From Haliotis rufescens (lineage: Eukaryota), in contig NW_025963779.1 in the NCBI RefSeq assembly GCF_023055435.1, forward strand, positions 32,612,001 to 32,676,000: a stretch of 64,000 nucleotides of DNA. Direction: 5' to 3'. This document shows positions 1 to 11,341 of the stretch, piece after piece; the stretch's first letter is position 1, and each line of letters starts with the position of its first letter. The translations under genes and the position numbers were made by a program. The notes below the pieces were generated by a model. It searched no databases. It had not been told where the DNA came from and saw only the letters and a list, made by a program, of their open reading frames with translations.

Positions 1-25
1 GACTTGTATGTACATTACAGAAATA

Positions 26-31
26 TTTATT
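26..31 (-). terminator. Candidate polyadenylation signal AATAAA of the macrosatellite gene (one per unit)
   Basis: TTTATT on the + strand, about 525 nt downstream of the ORF stop on the minus strand. Confidence 0.35.
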
Positions 32-221
32 CAGATGACAATAGGTCGAAAGTAAAATGCCAAAAGAGAGATCCAAATTACGGGGCCAAAATAGTATATA
101 TAGCATCACCTTGTGCGATTAAAGATCATCAATTATGTGAAAAATAAGCCAAAACGTAAGCCAAAGATGGGCCAAAATGGTGTGTCTAAAATGTGCCAAA
201 ATGAGAGGATGCATATTAAAC

Positions 222-543
222 AGCTCTCTCTCTCCTTCATTTACTCTCTCAATCTCACTCATTTACTGTCACTATATCAAACTCTCTCTAAATCTTTCTG
301 TCACTCTCTCTCAACCGTGCACGCTCTCTCTCTTATTTACTCTGAATCTCTCTCAATTACTCTCACGATCTCAATCTCTCTCTCTAAATCTNNNNNNNNN
401 NNNNNNNNNNNNNNNNNNNNNNNNNNNNNNNNNNNNNNNNNNNNNNNNNNNNNNNNNNNNNNNNNNNNNNNNNNNNNNNNNNNNNNNNNNNNNNNNNNNN
501 NNNNNNNNNNNNNNNNNNNNNNNNNNNNNNNNNNNNNNNNNNN
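222..543. repeat. Degenerate (CT)n/CTCTCTCAAT microsatellite followed by an N run, present in every unit
   Basis: CT-rich tract at 222-391. N runs at 392-543, 3855-4030, 7342-7523, 10836-11007, 14319-14480, 17788-17941, 21251-21392, 24700-24859 and 28167-28308 (142-182 nt, all even lengths). Probably masked variable simple repeat. Confidence 0.85.
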
Positions 544-556
544 AAGGATAAGGAGT

Positions 557-889
557 CTACGAGAAGATCTTCCTAAAGAAGGCAGCCGCTCTCGTCAGCG
601 CCTTTCTCAAGGGATGAATCTCTCGGTCATCCACGAAGCTGTGGTCATCCTCGTCCTCGTACACCCAGTAGTCACTTTCATCGTCGTCACTTGGGGCAGG
701 ATAGTGGTCGGCGTGATTGATGGTGACGGGGGCGGGGAGCGTCTCGCCGTAGACGGGGCGGGCCCAGAACGGAGTGAAGACACTCAGGGGGTCGGGGAAA
801 CGGGAAAGGGACACAGCTTGGGAACGCTACTCATCGAGGGGAGGGAGGGAGAAAGTAAGGCAAGTGAGACAGAAACATCGGGAGATTTG
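557..889 (-). pseudogene. Putative terminal coding exon of the macrosatellite gene, copy 1 (acidic tract plus amphipathic helix; in-frame TAG at 829-827)
   Basis: Acceptor TTTTCTTAG ends at 890. The frame reads QISRCFCLTCLTFSLPPLDE*RSQAVSLSRF...HPLRKALTRAAAFFRKIFS*. Third codon positions are strongly C/G-rich against an AT-rich background. No homologue recognised. Confidence 0.45.
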
Positions 890-1556
890 CTAAGAAAACA
901 AATCACACTATATTGTAGGCAATGGACATACTTAATAGTAACAAAACAGCTATAGCAGACTGAAGAAGTTAGGGAGTGCATGTAAAATACATACACAGTC
1001 GGACTCCTCATCTTGAGACGGCCACAAACTCACAGCCGCAGGAGTACCATAATACCGAATTATGTCCTCCCGAGCTGGAAAAGAAAAGCAAAGCTCCGTT
1101 AAATGTACGACGACGGCTACTTTTAAAAAATCTAGTATATTTTGAGTTCCGTACAAATACATTTTACCCCCTATTTAGTATTGGCCTAGTATTGTAATAT
1201 TAGAGTCAATACACGTTTACCAAGAACAAATCAGAACAATCATATGTACCAGAGATACTGGAGGAAGGTCAGGCAGATAGTCTGGTGTATTTAGCTGCTA
1301 GAAAGCTCTTTTAGATTTGGTCATTTCTATTTGATTTGAATCTATGTGGCACACATCGGCTAAACAGTTATCCAGCTACCTGGGGTTCTAAAACGAGACA
1401 GTTAACGAATAAATTGGGTCCACAACTTCTAAACACGTAATACAAGCTATCTAAAATGTGTATGCTACATCGTCCGACACTGTAATACACCAAACATGTG
1501 TCATCACAGCCTACGAAATGAATTTCAAAATCAATCACTTTGAATTGAAACAATTG

Positions 1557-1576
1557 CAAATGGCGGCCGCCATCTT
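1557..1576. promoter_or_regulatory. Palindromic double YY1-type site around a NotI site (one per unit)
   Basis: CAAATGGCGGCCGCCATCTT. The perfect 14-bp palindrome ATGGCGGCCGCCAT (1560-1573) gives an AANATGGCGG-type YY1 motif on each strand. Confidence 0.55.
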
Positions 1577-4043
1577 CAGTCCCAATACGGCTGCCTAACT
1601 ACGACGAATTTCACCACTAATTTAACATCTTAACACTTTAAAGTCGAATAATTGGGATCCTAAATACCTTGAATGTGAAGCCTTGTATTCATCTTGGACT
1701 TGAAAATGCTTGAAAAGATACAGTAGTGAGCACAACGTGGAGATCAACGGAGCAAAAGCGATCGTGATTCTGTTGAAAACAGAAGGGGACGTTGAGAACG
1801 GCAACGGTAACTACGTTACGGAGAACTCAGAACGAGGCGTCATCGTCAGCTTCCGGCGTGGTAAAGGCGGCCTAGCCTCATGGCATTGTTAAAGGTGAAA
1901 GCAACCGGGATAGCTTTCGGCTGGACACCAGACGTAGCTAACATAAGTATCATCAATTCCAGCATTTGGTTTGGCAACTCGGGAGACTCAAAGTGCAAAC
2001 TTAGATCTGAAACAAACTATACACATGTTTGTGGCTTGAAAAAAATGTTTTGTGAAAACTATGTTTATTTGGATAAAATAATCAGTGCAAGAAATTAATC
2101 TCAAACGTTTACTAGCCTAAACAGTGATATCGTATTTGGACATCCCTAAAAACCTGAAATTCTTGTAGCCCTTCAGGATGTCTTTCATAGCAGACAAACT
2201 GACTCGGGGTAGCGGGCTAGTGACAATTTTCATCCCTGATGATCACAGTGGGATGTTGGAATTATTCCCTTGTCAGCTGGGATTAAATATTAGATGGCGC
2301 TGCTATATGTACCATGATGAACAGCGACAGTTCTTACTTAGAACCACGATGTCGACTGAAAATATTTTTTTTAAATATGGGAAATTCAAAATGAAAAATA
2401 AACTGCAATATATGTAGTATCGTCTGTGATTAAAAGTAGACTATTTCTGGTGATGTTTGACCTTTTAAAACTTTTGCATTGCACCCTCGTGCTCATTTGA
2501 ACGGGTCGGTAGAATGTGGAAGAAGAAACTATTTGATGTGTGTTAAGCAAGTGCCGTGTGAGGTGTTTCCTAAATTGATTGTTGGTTATGTAGTAACTCC
2601 ATGGTGTTTTGGGTTATTTCTACTACTCAAATAAACATCGACTGGTGTTTAAAAAACCTACCCCTCCAAAATACTCTACTGACAACACTGCCATCTATTA
2701 GAAACTTCAATTGTCCTTTCTCTCAGTATTTCCTTATCTCGTGAAATGCCAGATTAGAATATCTACAAATTACTGCTACACCAAAGTAGGTGTGAATTCT
2801 GGCTTTCGACTGGCCCACCGGACCACTGCCTTTATATTGTAGCAAACCCGCTGCTATTTCTGCTGGCCACGGACCAAAGGACAAGCAGTGTAGTCCATTC
2901 CTTTGAAAAAGCTTCCACGTTTGTTCAAACTGTAGAGATGTGTGGAATCCAAGATTGATGTGAGCGAGGGGAGATCACTCTTAACCCCATGTCCGCCTCG
3001 CCTGATGGAGGTGAGTGAAGTGCTCGTAATATATCCCATGTGGTGACACTTGTTTTAAAGTGGAAAGGCCAGGTTTGATTCGCACTCACTTGAAAGGGAA
3101 CCACAATAACTGTTTCATAAGAAATGATGAGTAGTTACGTTTAAATATTTAACATTTTTTTTCATTAAAAAGTGTTATAAAGACCTGTCCTCATACAACT
3201 GTCGCCACATACAGGAATGTCTATAATCTTCAAGGTAGCCCCACGCATACACGAATCTGCAGGTATTTGCCAGTACAGCTCATACATTAAGGAGACAGCA
3301 ACATAGCCATATAGGGGCAAATATCAAGCTGTTTCACAATATCAGGATGGTTTTATGTGTCAAGATCAGAGGCCGGGGATGTGGCCTGATGCCGATATTG
3401 CGATGTCGCTGTCCCCTAGATCATTATTAGCTCTAAGGAAGGAACACAGTAGTGAAAACAGACGACTTGTATGTACATTACAGAAATATTTATTCAGATG
3501 ACAATAGGTCGAAAGTAAAATGCCAAAAGAGAGATCCAAATTACGGGGCCAAAATAGTATATATAGCATCACCTTGTGCGATTAAAGATCATCAATTATG
3601 TGAAAAATAAGCCAAAACGTAAGCCAAAGATGGGCCAAAATGGTGTGTCTAAAATGTGCCAAAATGAGAGGATGCATATTAAACAGCTCTCTCTCTCCTT
3701 CATTTACTCTCTCAATCTCACTCATTTACTGTCACTATATCAAACTCTCTCTAAATCTTTCTGTCACTCTCTCTCAACCGTGCACGCTCTCTCTCTTATT
3801 TACTCTGAATCTCTCTCAATTACTCTCACGATCTCAATCTCTCTCTCTAAATCTNNNNNNNNNNNNNNNNNNNNNNNNNNNNNNNNNNNNNNNNNNNNNN
3901 NNNNNNNNNNNNNNNNNNNNNNNNNNNNNNNNNNNNNNNNNNNNNNNNNNNNNNNNNNNNNNNNNNNNNNNNNNNNNNNNNNNNNNNNNNNNNNNNNNNN
4001 NNNNNNNNNNNNNNNNNNNNNNNNNNNNNNAAGGATAAGGAGT

Positions 4044-4376
4044 CTACGAGAAGATCTTCCTAAAGAAGGCAGCCGCTCTCGTCAGCGCCTTTCTCAAGGG
4101 ATGAATCTCTCGGTCATCCACGAAGCTGTGGTCATCCTCGTCCTCGTACACCCAGTAGTCACTTTCATCGTCGTCACTTGGGGCAGGATAGTGGTCGGCG
4201 TGATTGATGGTGACGGGGGCGGGGAGCGTCTCGCCGTAGACGGGGCGGGCCCAGAACGGAGTGAAGACACTCAGGGGGTCGGGGAAACGGGAAAGGGACA
4301 CAGCTTGGGAACGCTACTCATCGAGGGGAGGGAGGGAGAAAGTAAGGCAAGTGAGACAGAAACATCGGGAGATTTG
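4044..4376 (-). pseudogene. Macrosatellite gene exon, copy 2
   Basis: Same as copy 1. Confidence 0.42.
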
Positions 4377-7300
4377 CTAAGAAAACAAATCACACTATAT
4401 TGTAGGCAATGGACATACTTAATAGTAACAAAACAGCTATAGCAGACTGAAGAAGTTAGGGAGTGCATGTAAAATACATACACAGTCGGACTCCTCATCT
4501 TGAGACGGCCACAAACTCACAGCCGCAGGAGTACCATAATACCGAATTATGTCCTCCCGAGCTGGAAAAGAAAAGCAAAGCTCCGTTAAATGTACGACGA
4601 CGGCTACTTTTAAAAAATCTAGTATATTTTGAGTTCCGTACAAATACATTTTACCCCCTATTTAGTATTGGCCTAGTATTGTAATATTAGAGTCAATACA
4701 CGTTTACCAAGAACAAATCAGAACAATCATATGTACCAGAGATACTGGAGGAAGGTCAGGCAGATAGTCTGGTGTATTTAGCTGCTAGAAAGCTCTTTTA
4801 GATTTGGTCATTTCTATTTGATTTGAATCTATGTGGCACACATCGGCTAAACAGTTATCCAGCTACCTGGGGTTCTAAAACGAGACAGTTAACGAATAAA
4901 TTGGGTCCACAACTTCTAAACACGTAATACAAGCTATCTAAAATGTGTATGCTACATCGTCCGACACTGTAATACACCAAACATGTGTCATCACAGCCTA
5001 CGAAATGAATTTCAAAATCAATCACTTTGAATTGAAACAATTGCAAATGGCGGCCGCCATCTTCAGTCCCAATACGGCTGCCTAACTACGACGAATTTCA
5101 CCACTAATTTAACATCTTAACACTTTAAAGTCGAATAATTGGGATCCTAAATACCTTGAATGTGAAGCCTTGTATTCATCTTGGACTTGAAAATGCTTGA
5201 AAAGATACAGTAGTGAGCACAACGTGGAGATCAACGGAGCAAAAGCGATCGTGATTCTGTTGAAAACAGAAGGGGACGTTGAGAACGGCAACGGTAACTA
5301 CGTTACGGAGAACTCAGAACGAGGCGTCATCGTCAGCTTCCGGCGTGGTAAAGGCGGCCTAGCCTCATGGCATTGTTAAAGGTGAAAGCAACCGGGATAG
5401 CTTTCGGCTGGACACCAGACGTAGCTAACATAAGTATCATCAATTCCAGCATTTGGTTTGGCAACTCGGGAGACTCAAAGTGCAAACTTAGATCTGAAAC
5501 AAACTATACACATGTTTGTGGCTTGAAAAAAATGTTTTGTGAAAACTATGTTTATTTGGATAAAATAATCAGTGCAAGAAATTAATCTCAAACGTTTACT
5601 AGCCTAAACAGTGATATCGTATTTGGACATCCCTAAAAACCTGAAATTCTTGTAGCCCTTCAGGATGTCTTTCATAGCAGACAAACTGACTCGGGGTAGC
5701 GGGCTAGTGACAATTTTCATCCCTGATGATCACAGTGGGATGTTGGAATTATTCCCTTGTCAGCTGGGATTAAATATTAGATGGCGCTGCTATATGTACC
5801 ATGATGAACAGCGACAGTTCTTACTTAGAACCACGATGTCGACTGAAAATATTTTTTTTAAATATGGGAAATTCAAAATGAAAAATAAACTGCAATATAT
5901 GTAGTATCGTCTGTGATTAAAAGTAGACTATTTCTGGTGATGTTTGACCTTTTAAAACTTTTGCATTGCACCCTCGTGCTCATTTGAACGGGTCGGTAGA
6001 ATGTGGAAGAAGAAACTATTTGATGTGTGTTAAGCAAGTGCCGTGTGAGGTGTTTCCTAAATTGATTGTTGGTTATGTAGTAACTCCATGGTGTTTTGGG
6101 TTATTTCTACTACTCAAATAAACATCGACTGGTGTTGAAAAAACCTACCCCTCCAAAATACTCTACTGACAACACTGCCATCTATTAGAAACTTCAATTG
6201 TCCTTTCTCTCAGTATTTCCTTATCTCGTGAAATGCCAGATTAGAATATCTACAAATTACTGCTACACCAAAGTAGGTGTGAATTCTGGCTTTCGACTGG
6301 CCCACCGGACCACTGCCTTTATATTGTAGCAAACCCGCTGCTATTTCTGCTGGCCACGGACCAAAGGACAAGCAGTGTAGTCCATTCCTTTGAAAAAGCT
6401 TCCACGTTTGTTCAAACTGTAGAGATGTGTGGAATCCAAGATTGATGTGAGCGAGGGGAGATCACTCTTAACCCCATGTCCGCCTCGCCTGATGGAGGTG
6501 AGTGAAGTGCTCGTAATATATCCCATGTGGTGACACTTGTTTTAAAGTGGAAAGGCCAGGTTTGATTCGCACTCACTTGAAAGGGAACCACAATAACTGT
6601 TTCATAAGAAATGATGAGTAGTTACGTTTAAATATTTAACATTTTTTTTCATTAAAAAGTGTTATAAAGACCTGTCCTCATACAACTGTCGCCACATACA
6701 GGAATGTCTATAATCTTCAAGGTAGCCCCACGCATACACGAATCTGCAGGTATTTGCCAGTACAGCTCATACATTAAGGAGACAGCAACATAGCCATATA
6801 GGGGCAAATATCAAGCTGTTTCACAATATCAGGATGGTTTTATGTGTCAAGATCAGAGGCCGGGGATGTGGCCTGATGCCGATATTGCGATGTCGCTGTC
6901 CCCTAGATCATTATTAGCTCTAAGGAAGGAACACAGTAGTGAAAACAGACGACTTGTATGTACATTACAGAAATATTTATTCAGATGACAATAGGTCGAA
7001 AGTAAAATGCCAAAAGAGAGATCCAAATTACGGGGCCAAAATAGTATATATAGCATCACCTTGTGCGATTAAAGATCATCAATTATGTGAAAAATAAGCC
7101 AAAACGTAAGCCAAAGATGGGCCAAAATGGTGTGTCTAAAATGTGCCAAAATGAGAGGATGCATATTAAACAGCTCTCTCTCTCCTTCATTTACTCTCTC
7201 AATCTCACTCATTTACTGTCACTATATCAAACTCTCTCTAAATCTTTCTGTCACTCTCTCTCAACCGTGCACGCTCTCTCTCTTATTTACTCTGAATCTC

Positions 7301-7536
7301 TCTCAATTACTCTCACGATCTCAATCTCTCTCTCTAAATCTNNNNNNNNNNNNNNNNNNNNNNNNNNNNNNNNNNNNNNNNNNNNNNNNNNNNNNNNNNN
7401 NNNNNNNNNNNNNNNNNNNNNNNNNNNNNNNNNNNNNNNNNNNNNNNNNNNNNNNNNNNNNNNNNNNNNNNNNNNNNNNNNNNNNNNNNNNNNNNNNNNN
7501 NNNNNNNNNNNNNNNNNNNNNNNAAGGATAAGGAGT

Positions 7537-7869
7537 CTACGAGAAGATCTTCCTAAAGAAGGCAGCCGCTCTCGTCAGCGCCTTTCTCAAGGGATGAATC
7601 TCTCGGTCATCCACGAAGCTGTGGTCATCCTCGTCCTCGTACACCCAGTAGTCACTTTCATCGTCGTCACTTGGGGCAGGATAGTGGTCGGCGTGATTGA
7701 TGGTGACGGGGGCGGGGAGCGTCTCGCCGTAGACGGGGCGGGCCCAGAACGGAGTGAAGACACTCAGGGGGTCGGGGAAACGGGAAAGGGACACAGCTTG
7801 GGAACGCTACTCATCGAGGGGAGGGAGGGAGAAAGTAAGGCAAGTGAGACAGAAACATCGGGAGATTTG
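7537..7869 (-). pseudogene. Macrosatellite gene exon, copy 3
   Basis: Same as copy 1. Confidence 0.42.
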
Positions 7870-10800
7870 CTAAGAAAACAAATCACACTATATTGTAGGC
7901 AATGGACATACTTAATAGTAACAAAACAGCTATAGCAGACTGAAGAAGTTAGGGAGTGCATGTAAAATACATACACAGTCGGACTCCTCATCTTGAGACG
8001 GCCACAAACTCACAGCCGCAGGAGTACCATAATACCGAATTATGTCCTCCCGAGCTGGAAAAGAAAAGCAAAGCTCCGTTAAATGTACGACGACGGCTAC
8101 TTTTAAAAAATCTAGTATATTTTGAGTTCCGTACAAATACATTTTACCCCCTATTTAGTATTGGCCTAGTATTGTAATATTAGAGTCAATACACGTTTAC
8201 CAAGAACAAATCAGAACAATCATATGTATCAGAGATACTGGAGGAAGGTCAGGCAGATAGTCTGGTGTATTTAGCTGCTAGAAAGCTCTTTTAGATTTGG
8301 TCATTTCTATTTGATTTGAATCTATGTGGCACACATCGGCTAAACAGTTATCCAGCTACCTGGGGTTCTAAAACGAGACAGTTAACGAATAAATTGGGTC
8401 CACAACTTCTAAACACGTAATACAAGCTATCTAAAATGTGTATGCTACATCGTCCGACACTGTAATACACCAACATGTGTCATCACAGCCTACGAAATGA
8501 ATTTCAAAATCAATCACTTTGAATTGAAACAATTGCAAATGGCGGCCGCCATCTTCAGTCCCAATACGGCTGCCTAACTACGACGAATTTCACCACTAAT
8601 TTAACATCTTAACACTTTAAAGTCGAATAATTGGGATCCTAAATACCTTGAATGTGAAGCCTTGTATTCATCTTGGACTTGAAAATGCTTGAAAAGATAC
8701 AGTAGTGAGCACAACGTGGAGATCAACGGAGCAAAAGCGATTGTGATTCTGTTGAAAACAGAAGGGGACGTTGAGAACGGCAACGGTAACTACGTTACGG
8801 AGAACTCAGAACGAGGCGTCATCGTCAGCTTCCGGCGTGGTAAAGGCGGCCTAGCCTCATGGCATTGTTAAAGGTGAAAGCAACCGGGATAGCTTTCGGC
8901 TGGACACCAGACGTAGCTAACATAAGTATCATCAATTCCAGCATTTGGTTTGGCAACTCGGGAGACTCAAAGTGCAAACTTAGATCTGAAACAAACTATA
9001 CACATGTTTGTGGCTTGAAAAAAATGTTTTGTGAAAACTATGTTTATTTGGATAAAATAATCAGTGCAAGAAATTAATCTCAAACGTTTACTAGCCTAAA
9101 CAGTGATATCGTATTTGGACATCCCTAAAAACCTGAAATTCTTGTAGCCCTTCAGGATGTCTTTCATAGCAGACAAACTGACTCGGGGTAGCGGGCTAGT
9201 GACAATTTTCATCCCTGATGATCACAGTGGGATGTTGGAATTATTCCCTTGTCAGCTGGGATTAAATATTAGATGGCGCTGCTATATGTACCATGATGAA
9301 CAGCGACAGTTCTTACTTAGAACCACGATGTCGACTGAAAATATTTTTTTTAAATATGGGAAATTCAAAATGAAAAATAAACTGCAATATATGTAGTATC
9401 GTCTGTGATTAAAAGTAGACTATTTCTGGTGATGTTTGACCTTTTAAAACTTTTGCATTGCACCCTCGTGCTCATTTGAACGGGTCGGTAGAATGTGGAA
9501 GAAGAAACTATTTGATGTGTGTTAAGCAAGTGCCGTGTGAGGTGTTTCCTAAATTGATTGTTGGTTATGTAGTAACTCCATGGTGTTTTGGGTTATTTCT
9601 ACTACTCAAATAAACATCGACTGGTGTTTAAAAAACCTACCCCTCCAAAATACTCTACTGACAACACTGCCATCTATTAGAAACTTCAATTGTCCTTTCT
9701 CTCAGTATTTCCTTATCTCGTGAAATGCCAGATTAGAATATCTACAAATTACTGCTACACCAAAGTAGGTGTGAATTCTGGCTTTCGACTGGCCCACCGG
9801 ACCACTGCCTTTATATTGTAGCAAACCCGCTGCTATTTCTGCTGGCCACGGACCAAAGGACAAGCAGTGTAGTCCATTCCTTTGAAAAAGCTTCCACGTT
9901 TGTTCAAACTGTAGAGATGTGTGGAATCCAAGATTGATGTGAGCGAGGGGAGATCACTCTTAACCCCATGTCCGCCTCGCCTGATGGAGGTGAGTGAAGT
10001 GCTCGTAATATATCCCATGTGGTGACACTTGTTTTAAAGTGGAAAGGCCAGGTTTGATTCGCACTCACTTGAAAGGGAACCACAATAACTGTTTCATAAG
10101 AAATGATGAGTAGTTACGTTTAAATATTTAACATTTTTTTTCATTAAAAAGTGTTATAAAGACCTGTCCTCATACAACTGTCGCCACATACAGGAATGTC
10201 TATAATCTTCAAGGTAGCCCCACGCATACACGAATCTGCAGGTATTTGCCAGTACAGCTCATACATTAAGGAGACAGCAACATAGCCATATAGGGGCAAA
10301 TATCAAGCTGTTTCACAATATCAGGATGGTTTTATGTGTCAAGATCAGAGGCCGGGGATGTGGCCTGATGCCGATATTGCGATGTCGCTGTCCCCTAGAT
10401 CATTATTAGCTCTAAGGAAGGAACACAGTAGTGAAAACAGACGACTTGTATGTACATTACAGAAATATTTATTCAGATGACAATAGGTCGAAAGTAAAAT
10501 GCCAAAAGAGAGATCCAAATTACGGGGCCAAAATAGTATATATAGCATCACCTTGTGCGATTAAAGATCATCAATTATGTGAAAAATAAGCCAAAACGTA
10601 AGCCAAAGATGGGCCAAAATGGTGTGTCTAAAATGTGCCAAAATGAGAGGATGCATATTAAACAGCTCTCTCTCTCTCCTTCATTTACTCTCTCAATCTC
10701 ACTCATTTACTGTCACTATATCAAACTCTCTCTAAATCTTTCTGTCACTCTCTCTCAACCGTGCACGCTCTCTCTCTTATTTACTCTGAATCTCTCTCAA

Positions 10801-11020
10801 TTACTCTCACGATCTCAATCTCTCTCTCTAAATCTNNNNNNNNNNNNNNNNNNNNNNNNNNNNNNNNNNNNNNNNNNNNNNNNNNNNNNNNNNNNNNNNN
10901 NNNNNNNNNNNNNNNNNNNNNNNNNNNNNNNNNNNNNNNNNNNNNNNNNNNNNNNNNNNNNNNNNNNNNNNNNNNNNNNNNNNNNNNNNNNNNNNNNNNN
11001 NNNNNNNAAGGATAAGGAGT

Positions 11021-11341
11021 CTACGAGAAGATCTTCCTAAAGAAGGCAGCCGCTCTCGTCAGCGCCTTTCTCAAGGGATGAATCTCTCGGTCATCCACGA
11101 AGCTGTGGTCATCCTCGTCCTCGTACACCCAGTAGTCACTTTCATCGTCGTCACTTGGGGCAGGATAGTGGTCGGCGTGATTGATGGTGACGGGGGCGGG
11201 GAGCGTCTCGCCGTAGACGGGGCGGGCCCAGAACGGAGTGAAGACACTCAGGGGGTCGGGGAAACGGGAAAGGGACACAGCTTGGGAACGCTACTCATCG
11301 AGGGGAGGGAGGGAGAAAGTAAGGCAAGTGAGACAGAACAT
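11021..11341 (-). pseudogene. Macrosatellite ORF, copy 4 (ATG in frame, 107 codons, TAG at codon 17)
   Basis: A 1-nt deletion relative to copies 1-3 puts ATG 11341 in frame: MFCLTCLTFSLPPLDE*RSQAVSLSRF...FFRKIFS*. Confidence 0.45.

Noticed and set aside
113-955. Plus-strand 255-290 aa ORFs spanning the N runs in the repeat units
   Set aside because: They are open only because of Ns and CT low complexity, the frame changes between copies, and the 3' part is the antisense shadow of the minus-strand ORF.
1710-2098. Two overlapping short plus-strand ORFs with protein-like composition
   Set aside because: No recognised homology and no convincing ATG or splice context. They may be a relic, but I cannot support a call.
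2231-2360. CTGATGA and TGATGA...CTGA in the unit as a hammerhead ribozyme or C/D snoRNA
   Set aside because: There is no stem II followed by GAAA, and no convincing terminal stem or rRNA-complementary guide.
2930-3016. Possible plus-strand exon ending GAG|GTGAGT in the unit
   Set aside because: An isolated donor with a weak acceptor and no partner exons.
1-3463. Array as a 5S rRNA, U1/U2 snRNA, tRNA or histone cluster
   Set aside because: No diagnostic sequence for these was found by eye on either strand. A cmscan run would settle more divergent RNAs.
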